DNA of 64,000 nucleotides. Origin: Anthoceros angustus. Taxonomy: Eukaryota > Plantae > Anthocerotophyta. The notes beneath the pieces were generated by a model. It was not told the origin of the DNA. It saw nothing but the letters and a program-made list of their open reading frames with translations, and made no database searches. Location: NCBI GenBank assembly GCA_010909165.1, contig MU008160.1:434001-498000 (forward strand), written 5' to 3'. Both the position numbers and the translations under genes were made by a program. This document shows, one piece after another, positions 1 to 13,800 of this stretch; position 1 is the first letter of the stretch; each line of letters begins with the position of its first letter.

Positions 1-953
1 GATGAGGCAGTTCCCATAGGCGTGTGGACCGGGCCGCGGGACTACATGGGCATGTTGGCGATGGCTGCGGCTGGTGGCATGGTGGTGACAATTGCCAGCC
101 AGATGTGCGCCCGTCTGGCAATGTCGGTTCTGGTTTCTCTTGACAATTGCATATGTGTTGTACGTGGACAAGTGAGCTTCTTTGAAGAGGCAAACGGGAG
201 CTACTCAATATTCCTCAAAACCTTCTTGCACCTGCATTATAGCAGGGCAAAATTTCAGGTGTAGGGGTACACTTGCTACAAAGAGTCTCGTGTTTCTCTT
301 CGCACACCGGGCGTGGCCTATCACCGTAGAGTTGTGGGAAGGAAAGGCGTGGAATAATCAATTTGCTTTGAAACATTATATCGTGGATTTATTGTGAAAG
401 AAACGTTAAAAGCTGACATCGATGTCCTAAGGCATGGAAATTGTTGCCAGAAAGCAACCAAAGCGATTACGCCCGAAGTGAATAAGGCATACCATTCATC
501 CCATAGAAACAACCGCCGCGGCATTAAAGCGAATTATGTGACATAATACGCCAGCGATATAAGGAAACCACGCATTGTCAAGCTATTTGGAACAAGTACT
601 GGCGTGCTCCCAACTCGGTAACGGAGCAGGCAGCTGCCCAGTGAGATCAGTAGCTGGAGACCGCTGAACGGGCGAGGTGACAGGCAGGCTATGGGGAGGA
701 TAGGCCAGGCCCTTAGGCCGCCAACACACCGCAATAATCATGGGGACGCCAAGCAGAACCCGCTGTGGTTAAGCCAGAGCGTGGCTTGAGGATTGATGGC
801 CCTTGATTGATGCGGCTTGAGTGCGAGGCCAAAAGGCGATGAGGGGTTAAGACTCTGCTGCAACGGCAGGGAGATGAGGTGATGACGAGGGCTGGGGTGA
901 TAGCAAAGCTGACGTAGGGGGCCGATGCGTGAGCGGATGCCCGATGGCGATCG

Positions 954-1500
954 ATGGAGGACGGGCGGGAGGAGGTGGGGCCGAGGCGCGGGCGGTGGGA
1001 GGGAGGCGGAGGGGGGCGCGGGCAGGGCGTAGGAGGCGCAGGGCGCTGGAGCGGTAGGAGGGACAGGCGAGGGGCTGCGGGCGGGGCGCCGGGAGTTGTG
1101 GGAGGACGGGCCGAGGGGGCGGGCCGGGGCGCGGGGAGCGTTGAAGGAGGTGTAGGGGTGGAGGGGCGCGGCCGTGAGCGCCATCCGGTGCGAAGTGACC
1201 CAGGCGGTGGGAACCGTGCGGCGCCGCCGCATGCGGTGGGAGGAAGGCGGAGGGGGCGGGGCCGTGTCAGCTGTAAACCGGGAGCGAGGGACGGGCGGAG
1301 GGCGGGGCCGAGGCCCAGGAGCTGCGGGTCACTGAAGCAGGCGCGAGGGGCCGATGTACGGCAATGAGAGGATGGTTGTGGAGGGCCGAGAGGCCGTGAG
1401 GCCGCGACCGTCTTGGTGGGTAGCCCGGCCCATGGCCGGGCGGAGGAGGAGATGGCGCAGGCCGCAAGGAGGGGGGGAGGGGGGGCCGAGCCAGGCGAGG
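954..1500. repeat. G-rich low-complexity tract upstream of the transposase remnant
   Basis: Dense GGGCG/GGAGG runs; the ORFs here are Gly/Arg/Pro low-complexity products. Confidence 0.7.
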
Positions 1501-1549
1501 ATGTGCCGGGGGGGGATCCGATGGAGGAAGGGAGAAGCGAAGTGTCGAG

Positions 1550-1940
1550 GTGGAGATAATCACAGCCATCTCGACAAACAGAGGCGAGCGGAGGAAGGAA
1601 GGCCGCGTGCCGCCCATTCAAGTGGAGACTTTGAGGAACATCGAGAGGAGCGGAGGAGGCGGGACGGACAGGGGCTCGCAGCGAAGCCGGGATGCACCGC
1701 GGACGCTGAGGAGGTGGCTGGCACGGTGCCCAAGATGGAGAGGTCGCCACGCCGGGTCCGCCGAGAACAATAGAAGACGTCTCAACCTCATCCTACAAAA
1801 TGTGACAATCACGCGCGTGGTGTGAACTGGGAGCGAGGATCAGCAGGCAAAGATCTGGCCGCTCGGCCTACATGAGTGTGACTGTGAGTACTTTGCGAGC
1901 CATGCAATGGGAGGCCATGGAATGAGGTCGCACTGCTACC
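1550..1940 (+). pseudogene. N-terminal (HTH-like) part of an IS3/integrase-like DDE transposase, cut off by the LTR array
   Basis: ORF 1550-1825 reads PPIQVETLRNIE...PRTLRRWLA, then frameshifted GRSAYM and EVALL; the expected next segment (RIRRVQY...WHMD) appears immediately after the last LTR end at 20046 and 22237. Confidence 0.45.
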
Positions 1941-4069
1941 GGTGACCACATGGGTACTCGACCCCTCGAAAGGAGTGTTTTTGTTTTGTGTTTAAGTTGT
2001 GAGAATCGTGGAGTTGGAATGTAAGGTTAGGAAATAAGAAAAGTCTACTAGAGCCTAGTAGGAGGAAGAGAGTCTAGTCCCGATCCCGATGTAACCTTGA
2101 GGGTTGGCTGCTCGACCGGTTGCTAACGCGCTGTTAGGGCCGCTACAGTGACTGCTCATGACAACAACCGACTTTGCTATGGTAGCAACCAAGTCGGAGT
2201 TATTTTCCGATAAATTCGGAAACCTATTTGGGCGAAATCACAGTGGAACACCAACGGAAGTAACAGGGGAACATGGAGGTACTTGATCCATGCCTTGACG
2301 GCATCGGGATCCTACCTATGGGTTGGACTCTTATGGAGGAGACTTTCACCACCCATCCAGGATTCAAGAGCTCAGGAGGAGTACGGGCTCTGCGAGCACA
2401 AGAGGAGGAGTCCAGCTCGAGGAGGTGGAGATTTTGTGAGAGTTTGCCCAACCAGCCAAGAGGGAGGAGAGCAAGAGGAGAAGCATGATAGGAGGCCTAG
2501 GAGGCCTAGAGAGATAATAGGGTAAGTGACCGAAATAGCTAAAGGCCCATGTGCTATAGATAGATCAGAATCTTATCTTCTCTCAGTGGATGTAGATAGG
2601 CCTCTAGGACCGGTAGGCTAAGACCGATTGGTATTTTTGGCAAGTAAGCTACTTTTGTAATGATCTTGGGTATAAGAGGCACTCTTGATGAAATGTAAGC
2701 AATGTTGGTTTAAGGTCTTGGTGTTTGGGGCTGAGCATGGGTTTGGGGGTACCGGATCCAAAGGTGTAAGTCTAGACACTGCTTTCTTGTGGAGAGAAGA
2801 AGAAGACCAAGTTGCCTAGATCCGTGTGGCCGATCCGCAAGGGTGGTGGAAAGCAAGGGAGGGAGCCTTGAGGTCTCCTTGGAGGGAGTTTCCAAGGTCA
2901 AGAGGAAGGGGTTGTGAAGCCGGGAGGCTGTCCAGACTCTTCCTCATTCCCTTCCTAGTCTAGTACTCACCTTGTGTTTGAGTGTGTGTTGGAGGTCGGG
3001 TGTTGGGAGAAGAGAGGCGGGAGGTGTGAGGAGACAAGGGAGCCTGTGTGTGGAGGAGAAGTCAAGGAAAAGTCAAGTGAGTTGGAGGCCGTGGCTTGTG
3101 TGTTTGGAAAATGAGAGGAAAAGTGAACTGTGAGAGAAGTGGAGAATGCTGGACATGGAGAGTTGCTGATTGGCTGTTTGAGAGGAGTAAGAAGGACCGA
3201 GAAGTCTGTAAGTGATGTTTGTGAAGAAGAGAGTGAGTGGAGGTTGAAGATCCCGTGAGTGGATGAGATGAATGGGAGGTAGAACAAGTATTTTGAGAGT
3301 TGGTGAAGTGTAAGGGCCTGGATGAGAACCTTGTAAGGACCGGAGAGGTGGAGTGGAAAGTGGAGATTGAATGGGGCGTGAGGTGTGAGAACAAGGAGAG
3401 TTGAAGAGAGTTCTGGGGAAACTTGGAGAGTGGGGAGGATGAGAGGCACCTCAAGGGGCTGTGAGAGCTGGAGGGTCTTATGGAGCTTGGAAGGTGAGCA
3501 AAGGCGAGGAGAGAGACAAGGAAGTCTCAAGAAGTGTTGCAAGAGAAAGGGGTAGTTTGTGTGAGTGAAACCCTTTATGCCGTGGAGTTGTCCTAGGTTT
3601 AGGTTTAGAGATTAGGTTAGGGCCGGCGCTTAGGTTGTCCATAAATAGTGTGTGGAAAAGGTGACACGTGGCTAACTCGAGTGAGGATCTAACTTTGTGG
3701 ATAGAGAGAGGGTGTCCAACCTTATCCACTTGGATCCCAAGTGGGTCCCACCTTCTATTAATAGCCGACTGATCCCAAGGTGGACCCCACTGCTAAAATA
3801 GAGGGTGGTTGCTAAGATAGCAACGGGTCTCGCCCGCTGCTAAGGTAGCAACAGGTCGCGTGGCTAAGATAGCTGTGTCCGAGTGTTGTTAGGATAGTAG
3901 CCCCGTCTCAGAATCGCTAGATGTTTGGTGTCCGTGTTTGGTTGGATTGGCTATGTTTTGGTTGTCTTGACACGAAATCACTCCCTTGGGTACGAATCTC
4001 AAGTCTACAACGATAAAGAGGGTAAATGTGGCCTCTTTGTGACCACTTGGTTTAGAAAATCACTCCACA
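1941..4069 (+). repeat. LTR1 (first ~3 nt missing or garbled)
   Basis: GGTGACCACATGGGTACTCGACCC to AAAATCACTCCACA; same sequence as 8409-10494. Confidence 0.9.
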
Positions 4070-4072
4070 TTT

Positions 4073-4086
4073 TGGCGCTGTCGGGA
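4073..4086 (+). other. Primer binding site, tRNA-Asp-like
   Basis: TGGCGCTGTCGGGA 3 nt after the LTR end; resembles the Athila-type PBS TGGCGCCGTTGCCGGGGA with indels. Confidence 0.7.
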
Positions 4087-4382
4087 GTGTCATTGTTGTC
4101 AAGACCTTAGAGTAGACTAACCTTGTCTAGTAGTGTATTGGGAGTCTTGAGTGTGATACATGGATGCTACCCATTGAGTCCGAAAGTTCCGACCACCGAA
4201 GAGAAGACTCAAGAAGAAGACAAGCCGTGGGAGCAAGGGGCTGCAGTCGAGAGCCGAGGAGAGCACGCAGCAACGCACTGCTGGAGGAGCCAAGAAGCAA
4301 CAGCTAGGACCGATGTACCATCCTTGTCTTCTCGACCTCCGTGTCAACTTGTGTACCGTGAACTCAAGAACTTTTGGACAGT

Positions 4383-7300
4383 ATGCTAACAGAGATCCTG
4401 CTAGACCAACAACGTTGGGATAGTGACGATGGCACATGGTCAGCCTTTTGCAATAACTACTAAGCACCATACCCGATGGAGAGAAGAAGGGTATGAAGAT
4501 CCGACGAGTTTGTTGAACGCTTTGAGCAACTAACCATTGCAAATCGTGAACTGGGATCTGCAACAGAGCTCTTCTACGGAGTTCTTCGGAGGGCCAGCCA
4601 AGTGGTACAAGAGGAGTACCTAAGAAGACTCAAGAACCTTCAACGAATCAAGAAAGCCTTTTGTGAGAGGTTCTGGGGAATAGATGTAGAAGGCTACGTG
4701 TTGTCAAAGTTGGAGTTTTTGAGGAGAAGAAGGAAGGAGACCTTGCAAGCTTATGTTGAGAGGTTTTAACTTGCGTGATCGTAGTGGTCCTCACTGATTT
4801 ACAGCCATTCGTGGTTTGCTAAGGTTAGGTTCCGAGATGGGCCGACATGTGAGGCGCAAGCGAGAAGGACGAGACAAGGCCATCAAGGCACTCAACTACG
4901 AAGAATCCAACTCCTTGGACAAGAAGAAGCACAAGAAGGAAAAGAGCAAGAAGAAGAAGTCCAAGCGAGGGAAGAAGAACAAGGGATCTTCGCCGGAGGA
5001 AGAATCTTCGGGAGGAGAGTGACCCTCTCAAGACTCGACTCGGAGGACTCTTCCTGAGGATGGCAAGACGGAGGAAGAAACCCCAAGACGAGCGAAGAGA
5101 CGCAAGAAGAAGAAGGTTGACATCGCTAAGAAGAAACCGAGGCTCGAGGATCAAGGGAGCTGGCCAGGCTAAACAAGAGGTTGCTAGTGCTAAGAAGGAA
5201 GTGGAACAAGTCAAGAAGGAGGCTGAAGTTGTCAAGAAGGTGCAACAGAAGAAATGAAGATGGAGGAAATGATGAGCAAATTGAGAAGTTTCACCTCAAC
5301 GCCGTGAAGGAGCATGAGAAGAGGAGAGCATCCAAAGGCTAACCTGCTTTGTTCCACTTGTGGCCAGCCAGCCACACTAAGTCCAACCATGTGGCCAAGG
5401 TGCACATGCTCGCCACGAGGAGGAGGAAGAGGATCGCGGAGGATACCTACCGATCCGTGGAGGTTTCCTGGACACTCAAGACCGCCCATCCGCCGATGCC
5501 GAAATTCCATGGGGCCGGGTATTCAGAATAAACCAAGTGCCTGTGGTTGCTAACCAAGCAACGGTGTGGCTACTCAGAGGCTTTGGTCATTATGTGAATA
5601 GTGCATCGCCAACAACAAAGCCAATGGTGAACGTGCCAAGACCGCAAACAACAGGTCATGTGGCGGAGTGTCACTTGCCCAAACCCAAGGAAGATCTTCA
5701 ATTGCTCAACCACTGCGGAGTTCGCAGCAAGACCTCAAGGAGCCGCATGCGTGGAGGATGCCCTATGGTCGCTTTGGGAGGATGCGGAAGCCATGGGTGC
5801 GGGAGCTAGATGGACTGGGGTGCTGGGGAGACTACTACGGAGAGGTCAGCCATGGTCAGGCGCACTAGGAGTGAAAAGCTAGGAGGAAGCTGGAAGAAGA
5901 AAGAGACGGAGGTGGAATCACCACAAAGTCAAGAGAGCACTCCAAGCCCGGAGGGAACGGATCCGAGGAGACACTTGAGAAGGAGAACCCCGAAGGAAGA
6001 ATCAAGGAGTGAATCGCTGGGGCCATGCCGAGAAAAAGAAGTTCCAGAAAAGGGAGAGGAAACCCGAGTTTCCACCGGACGGGCGGAAGTCATGGAGATG
6101 ATAGAGGAGGAATTGACCAAGACAAAATCGCCGAGCCTGTGATCCTCGAGACCGCAGAAGTCCTCCGCTTAGCAACCGCCTGCTAAGCAACCGACGTTGT
6201 TGCTAAGGGGCAACCGCGATCGTTGGGAAGAAGGAGGGACCGATCGAGGACCATTTAACCTTGCCAAGCCATCATGGATCAGAATTTGCCATCACGCTTT
6301 GGTCAACTATTGAAGGACAACCCAAGTACAACAAGTTCGAGGGCCTTGCAAGAAGCGCAACCCAAGAGGAAGAGGCGATTGCCCAAGCCAGACCAAGGGT
6401 GCTGACCTCAACAACCTAGTGTCCATGATAGACCAAGGGCGCCGGAGCTGCAAGTGGAGATCGCCGGTCGGTCATCAAGCCCTTGGATACCGGATCCGGG
6501 TGAACATCATGACGGAAGGGATAGCAGGAAGCTTGGGTTGACATTGAGCATACCACCAAAGGTGCCGAGATTTGACATGTCAAAAATGCACTGTGGAGAA
6601 CTCAAGGGAGTAACCACCATCATAGGGACCATTCCTCATGTCATGGACTATGTGGTTATCAAGGGCGCTGTGGCACGACACTATTGGGAAGGACTTCGTA
6701 TGGCTCAAGATGCAAGATGACTTGGGGAGGAAGGAAGTGGCTTTTAAGCCAATGGATTGGGACCCCAAGACAAAGGAGGGCCGAATTTGTTTGAGTTGGA
6801 GTGGATACCTCGTGGGAGACTCCTACAGAACGGAAGGATACACATCACCGGAGAAACATCGACTGGAGGAAGAAGGAGAGAATTGGACAAATTTCCTTTT
6901 GCACATATCGCATGGATGAGGAGGAGGAGTATAGGAGGGACATCCCTTACTCCCTCAATCTGGACGCTTTGGTTTCATGGAGGACCGCACCAATGAGGAG
7001 AGTGACAAGAACCTGCTAACGAGGCGGTTGCTAAGGAAGCAACACCGATTCGAAAGGCGGTTGCTAAGGAAGGGATCGAGACAGCAAGAAAGGGAAGCCT
7101 TGGGATGGTGTATTCAACGGAGAAGGTGGAGTGTGATCAAGAAGATCATTTTCCGGATGAAGCTTTCGCCGGAGGAGGATGAGGAGAGTGCTAGGCCCAA
7201 TGCCAAGTTGACTGGAAACGAGGTACAGACCAAATGAGAAGGGAGGAGAAGTTTTGCAGTGCCTATGAGGAGGTCTTTCATTTTAGCAAGTCGATATACG

Positions 7301-8375
7301 GACACTGTGTGAGAGGTTGTTCCTATACTTCTGCACTGTTGTTAAGCGCGAGACAAGCTGCATGGTAGGCCGATGGAGTTGAGAGGTTGTTGGGATGGTC
7401 AAAAGGACCGGGTTCTCGCGCCTTGCATGAGGAGGAGGCCGGAGGTCACCGCCAACGTGACTGTAAGAAGATCTTGGAGGTGGTATTGGTGGCCAACCTT
7501 GCACGATGGGGAGTTCATCAAGCCGCCAGATGCATGTCAAAGGGTTGGGAAGCCAACTAGGACCACACAAAGGCCATTGGTCCCTATCCCAGCCTGGCGC
7601 CGAGAAGTGATTGACTTCAATGATTCACCAAGACCAAGGGAGCCGTAATCAATATTCGTAGCAACGGACCACTGACCGCATGTTGGAAGCTCAAGCCTTG
7701 CCGTGGACAGAAATGTGGTGGCTGTGTCTCGCTTGAGCACATCATCACAAGGCGGTGCCGTTGGAACGGTTAGTGGAGTACCCATTTCATCAACGAGGTG
7801 ATCTCACACATGGTGGAGTACTTCAACACCACAGAAGACCACCCCTACAACCCCAAGGCGAATGGACTCAGGAGAAAGCTAATGGTTGCTTTGGCAGATC
7901 CTCAACAAGTTGATCATCACCTACACCTACGATTGGGACCGGAAGCTTCACTCGCCAGGGCGTGTGATAGCGGAGAAGGTGACCACACAACAGACTCTAC
8001 TACTCACCTATGGGCACTCACCATCATGCCCATTGAGTTTGAAGTGCCAACGCTGAGAGTCCAGTGAGCATAAGAGGATGACGGTGGAGGAGAGCCAGCT
8101 TGGAGAGGCTCATAGGCTTTGTTCACATGGAGAACAGGAACAAGCGCGCCCCTCTGCCCCAAGAGAAGAGGAAGGAATGGCCCTAAGTTGCAAAAACAAG
8201 AGTACGTTGTCTGGGACTTGGCGCTGTCAGATGACAACAGTACATGCACTTCCTCGAAGCCGATCTTAGATGGATGGGTCCTGCCAGGGTGCAAGTGTTC
8301 GAATGGATCCATACAGCAGAACTTGATGGATTCTGCTACAACTGGTCAATGGTTGGCGAAGAAGAGCATTAATAA
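4383..8375 (+). pseudogene. gag-protease-integrase, frameshifted, no RT or RNase H (copy 1)
   Basis: Lys-rich gag, CCHC-like knuckles (5349-5700), DTGSGVNIM-like protease (~6490), H-H-C-C zinc finger (~7420-7545), YNPKANGL and PIEFEVPTLR integrase core and C-terminus. Confidence 0.85.
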
Positions 8376-8396
8376 GTTGGCGGGACGCCAACAAAT

Positions 8397-8408
8397 GAGA
8401 AGGGAGTA
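8397..8408 (+). other. Polypurine tract
   Basis: GAGAAGGGAGTA directly before the TG of LTR2; same at 14912-14923 and 16409-16420. Confidence 0.85.
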
Positions 8409-10494
8409 TGTGGTGACCACATGGGTACTCGACCCTGAAAGGAGTGTTTTTTGTTTTGTGTTTAAGTGAGAATCGTGGAGTTGGAATGTGAAGTAGGTTA
8501 GGAAATAAGAAAAGTCTACTAGAGCCTAGTAGGAGGAAGAGAGAGTCCCGATCCCGGATGTAACCTTGGAGGTTGGTCTCGTTGCAACGCTGGCCGTTAG
8601 GGCTGCTATGTGGACTGCTATGACAACAACAACCGACTCGGAGCTGCTATGGTAGCAACCAAGTCGGAGTTATTTTCCATAAATGAAACCTTTTAAGCGA
8701 AATCAAATACAATGGAAGTAACAGGGGAACATGGAGGTACTTGATCCATGCCTGACGGCAATCGGATCCTACCTATGGGTTGGACTCTTATGGAGGAGAC
8801 TTTCACCGACCCATCCAGGATTCAAGAGCTCACCGAGGAGGAGTACCGCTAGGCTGAGCACAAGAGAGGGAGGAGTCCACTGAGGAGGTGGAGATTTTGT
8901 GGGAGAGTTTGCCCAACCAGCCAAGAGGGAGGAGAGCAAGAGGAAAGCATGGGATAGGAGGCCTAGGAGGCCTAGAGAGATAATAGGGTAAGTGACCAAA
9001 TAGTCAGACCCATGTGCTAGATAGATAAATCTTATCTTCTCTCTTAGTGGACAATTAAGAGATAGGCCTCTAGGACCGGTAGGCTAAGACCGATTGGTAT
9101 TTTTGGCAAGCTACTTTGTGGTGATCTTGGGTATAAGAGGCCCTCTTGATGAAATGTAAGCAATGTTGGTTTAAGGTCTTGGTGTTTTGAGCATGGGGTT
9201 TGGGGTACCGATCCAAGGTCGTAAGTCTAGACACCGCTTTTGTCACAGGAGAAGCTAAGAAGACCACTGTTGCCTAGATGTGTGGCCGATCCGCAAGGGT
9301 GGTGGAAAGCAAGGGAGGGAGCCTTGAGGTCTCCTTGGAGGGAGTTTCCAAGGTCAAGAGGAAGGGGGTTGCCGGGAGGCTGTCCACTCTTCCTCATTCC
9401 TCTGCCTAGTCTAGTACTCACCTTGTGTGTTTTGAGGTCGGGTGTTTGGGAGAAGAGAGGGAGCCCGTGTGAGGAGAAGACAAGGCGGGAGCCTGTGTGT
9501 GGAGGAGAAGTCAAGGAAAGTCAAGTGAGTTGGAGGCCGTGGGCTTGTGTGTTTGGAAAATGAGAGGAAAAGTGAACTGAGAGAAGTGGAGAATCCGGAC
9601 ATGGAGAGTTGCTGATTGGCTGTTTGAGAGGAGTAAGAAGGACTGGAGAAGTCTGTAAGTGATGTTTGTGGAAGAAGAGAGCGGAGTGGAGGTTGAAGAT
9701 CCGTGAGTGGATGAGACGGAATGATTGGAGGACAAGTATTTTGAGAGTTGGTGAAGTGCTGTAAGGGCCTGGATGAGAACCTTGTAAGGACGGAGAGGCC
9801 GAGTGAAAGTGGAGATTGAATGGGGCAAAGGAGGTGTGAGGAAGGAGAGCTTGGGAGACTTGGAGAGTGTGGAGGCTGAGAGGCACCTCAAGGGGCCGTG
9901 AGAGCTGGAGAGGTCTGTATGGAGCTTGGAAGGTGAGCTGAAAGGAGGAGAGACAAGGAAGTCAAGAAGTGTTGCAAGAGAAAGGGGTAGTTTGTGAGCC
10001 GCAACCCTTTATGCTGTGAGTTGTCCTAGGTTTAGGTTTAGAGATTAGGGGCGGCTGCTTAGGTTGTCCATAAATAGTGTGTGGAAAAGGTGACACGTGG
10101 CTAACTCGATTGGTGGATCTAACTTTGTGGATAGATAAGAGAGAGGGTGTCCAACCTTATCCACTTGGATCCCAAGTGGGTCCCACCTTCTATTAATAGC
10201 CGACCGATCCCAAGGTGGACCCCACGCTAAAATAGAGGGTGGTTGCTAAGATAGCAACTGGTCTGCTGCTAAGGTAGCAGCAGGTCGGTGGCTAAGATAG
10301 CCACAGGTGTCCGAGTGTTAGGATAGTAGCACAGTGCATGTAGATGTTTGGTGTGTCTGTGTTTGGTTGGATTGGCTATGTTTTGGTTGTCTTGACACGA
10401 AATCACTCCCTTGGGTACGAATCTCAAGTCTACAACGATAAAGAGGGTAAATGTGGCCTCTTTGTGACCACTTGGTTTAGAAAATCACTCCACA
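8409..10494 (+). repeat. LTR2 (complete, shared by two internal regions)
   Basis: TGTGG...CCACA termini, PPT upstream, PBS downstream. Confidence 0.93.
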
Positions 10495-10497
10495 TTT

Positions 10498-10511
10498 TGG
10501 CGCTGCCGGGA
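10498..10511 (+). other. Primer binding site, tRNA-Asp-like
   Basis: TGGCGCTGCCGGGA after LTR2. Confidence 0.72.
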
Positions 10512-10812
10512 GTGTCATTGTTGTCAAGACCTTAGAGTAGACTAACCTTGTCTAGTAGTGTATTAGGAGTCTTGAGTGTGATACATGGATGCTACCCATT
10601 GAGTCCGAAAGTTCCGACTCACCTGAAGAGAAGACTCAAGAAGAAGACAACGCTGCCGTGGAGCGAGGGCGAGCGCATCGAGAGCCGAGGAGAGCACAAA
10701 GAAAGTAAGCTGGAGGAGCCAAGAAGCAAGCAACAGCGCTAGGACGGATAGCCATCCTTGTCTTCCGACCGTGTCGAACTGCAATTGTGAACTCAAAGAA
10801 TTTTTGGACAGT

Positions 10813-13800
10813 ATGCTAACAGAGATCCTGCTAGACCAACAATCAGGTTGTGGATAGTGACGATCCATGGCGACTTCAGCCTTTTGCAATAACCCTGCGC
10901 CATACCCTGTATGGAGAGAAGAAGGGGTATGAAGATCCGCAGAGTTTGTTGAACGCTTTGAGCAACTAACCATTGCAAATCGTGAACTGGGATCTGCAGC
11001 GATTCACTCTTCTACGGAGTTCTTCGGAGGGCCAGCCAAGTGGTACAAGAGGAGTACCTCAAGGCAGAAGACAAAGAACCTTCAACGAATCAAGAAAGCC
11101 TTTTGTGAGAGGTTCAGGGAATAGATGTAGAAGGCTACGTGTTGTCAAAGTTGGAGTTTTTGAGGAGAAGAAGGAAGGAGACCTTGCAAGCTTATGTTGA
11201 GAGGTTTCTTAACTTGCGTGATCGTAGTGGTCCTCACTCGATTTGTGCCATTCGGTGGTTGCTAAGGTTAGATCCGAGATGGGCCGACATGTGAGGTCGC
11301 AAGCGGAGAAGGACGTGACAAGGCCATCAAGGCGGCACTCAACTACGAAGAATCCAACTCCTTGGACAAGAAGAAGCACAAGAAGGAAAAGAGCAAGAAG
11401 AAGAAGTCCAAGCGAGGGAAGAAGGACAAGGGATCTTCGTCGGAGGAAGAATCTGAGGAGAGTGACTCCTCTCAAGACTCGACTGGAGGACTCTTCCTGA
11501 GGATGGCAGCACGGAGGAAGAATCCAACTCCTTGGACAAGAAGAAGAAGAAGAAGAAGAAGGTTGACATCGCTAAGAAGAAACCGAGGCTCGAGGATCAA
11601 GGGAGCTGTCTAAACAAGAGGTTGCTAGTGCCAAGAAGGAAGTGGAACAAGTCAAGAAGGAAGTGGAACAAGTCAAGAAGAAGGTTGACATCGCTAAGAA
11701 GAAATGAAGATGGAGGAAATGATGAGCAAATTCGAAGTTTCACCTCAACTGTGAAGGAGCATGAGAAGAGGAGAGCATCCAACTCGGCTAACTGCTTTGT
11801 TCCACTTGTGGCCAGCCACACCAAGTCCAACCGCTCATGTGGCCAAGGTGCACATGCTCGCCACGAGGAGGAGGAAGAGGATCGCTGGAGGATACCTACC
11901 GGATCCGTGGAGGTTTCCAAGGACAACAAGACCCAAGACCGCCCATCCTCGATGTCAAATTCCATGGGGCATTCGTAACAACCAAGTGCCTGTGGTTGCT
12001 AACCAACGGTGTGGTTCGGTCTACAACCCAGAGGCTTTGGTCATTATGCAGCTGCATCGACAAGACAAAGCCAATGGTGACAACTGCCAAGACCGCAAAC
12101 AATGGTCATGTGGCGGGAGTGTCACTTGCCCAAACCCAAGGAAGGTGCTCAATTGCTCAACCACCGGGCAGAGTTCGAAGCAGCATCAAGGAGGCTGGCG
12201 CATGCGTGGAGGATGCCCTTATGGCTTTTGGGAGGATGCGGAAGCCATGGTGTTGCGGGAGCTAGATGGACTGGGGGCTGCAGGAGGAGACTACTACGGA
12301 GAGGCTGCAGCCATGGCTGTGCGCACTAGGAGTGGAAAAGCTAGGAGGAAGCTGTGGAAGAAGAAAGAGACGGAGGTGGAATCAGCCACAAAGTCTGAAG
12401 AGAGCACTCCAAGCCTGGAGGGAACGGATCTGGAGGAGACACTTGAGAAGGAGAACCCCGAGAAGGAAGAATCAAGGAGTGAATCGCTGGGGCCATCTGG
12501 AGAAAAGAAGTTCCAAGAAAGGAGAGGAAACCCGAGTTTCCACCGGACGACGCCGAAGTCATGGAGATGATAGAGGAGGAATTGACCAAGACAAAAACAG
12601 CTGCGTGATCCGGAGACTGCAGAAGTCCTCTCGAGTTAGCAACCGCGTTGCTAAGCAAGCAACCGCCGACGACTGCTAAGGGGCAACCGCGATCGCTGGG
12701 AAGAAGGAGGGACCGATCGAGGACCATTTAACCTTGCTGCCATCATGGATCAGCAATTTGCCATCACGTTTGGTCAACTATTGAAGGACAACCCAAGTAT
12801 GTGCAACAAGTTCGGGGCCTTGCAAGAAGCGCAACCCAAGAGGAAGAGGCGATTGCCCAAGCCAGACCAAGGGTGCTGACCCTACAACCTAGTGTCCATG
12901 ATAGACCAAGGGCCGGAGTCGCAAGTGGAGATCGTCGGGTCATCAAGCGGTTCCCTTGACGGATCCGGGGTGAACATCATGACGGAAGGGATAGCGAGGA
13001 AGCTTGGGTTGGACATTGAGCATACCACCAAGGTCGAGATTGGTGACATGTCAAAAATGCACTGTGGGAGAATCAAGGGAGTAACCACCATCATAGGGAC
13101 CATTCCCTATCTCATGGACTATGTGGTTATCCAGACAAGGCGCTGACATACTATTGGGGAGGACCTCCATGGCTCAAGATGCAAGATGACTTGGGGAGGA
13201 AGGAAGTGGCTTTTAAGCCAATGGATTGGGACCCCAAGACAAAGGAGGGCCGAATGTGTTTGAGTTGGAGCAGGATACCACGTGGGGAGACTCCTACAAA
13301 GAACGGAAGGATACACATCACCGGAGAAACATCCGACTGGAGGAAGAAGGAGAAATTGGACAAGTTTCCTTTTGCACATATCGCATGGTCGGATGAGGAG
13401 GAGGAGTATAGGAGGGACATCCCTTACTCCCTCAATTTGGTGGACTGCTTTGGTTTCATGGAGGACTGCACCACCGAGGAGAGCACAAGAAGGCCATGGC
13501 CACCCAGGGTTGCAAGGAAGCACTGATTCAAAAGGCAGGAAGGAAGGCCACTAACAGTTGAAAGGGAAGCCCTTGGGATGGTGTATTCAACGGAGAAGGT
13601 GGAGCGTGATCAAGAAGATCATTTTCCGGATGAAGCTTTCTTGCTGGAGGAGGATGAGGAGAGTGCTAGGCCCAATGCCAAGTTGACTGGAAACGGAGGT
13701 ACAGCACCAAATGAGAAGGGGAGGGAGAAGTTTTGCAGGCCAGCCTATGAGGAGGTCTTTCAGTTTTTAGCAACAGGTCAGATACCAACGGACCTGTCAC

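Noticed and set aside
713-1773. Long overlapping ORFs (345, 164, 137, 139 aa) on both strands
   Set aside because: Pro/Gly/Arg low-complexity by-products of very high GC content; no domain motifs.
2967-3542. Leu/Ser/Pro/His-rich minus-strand ORFs repeated in each LTR
   Set aside because: They arise from the GA-rich strand bias of the LTR and their frames differ between copies.
10242-10258. RFX X-box resemblance of GTTGCTAAGATAGCAAC
   Set aside because: RFX factors are not known from land plants; kept only as an unexplained palindrome.
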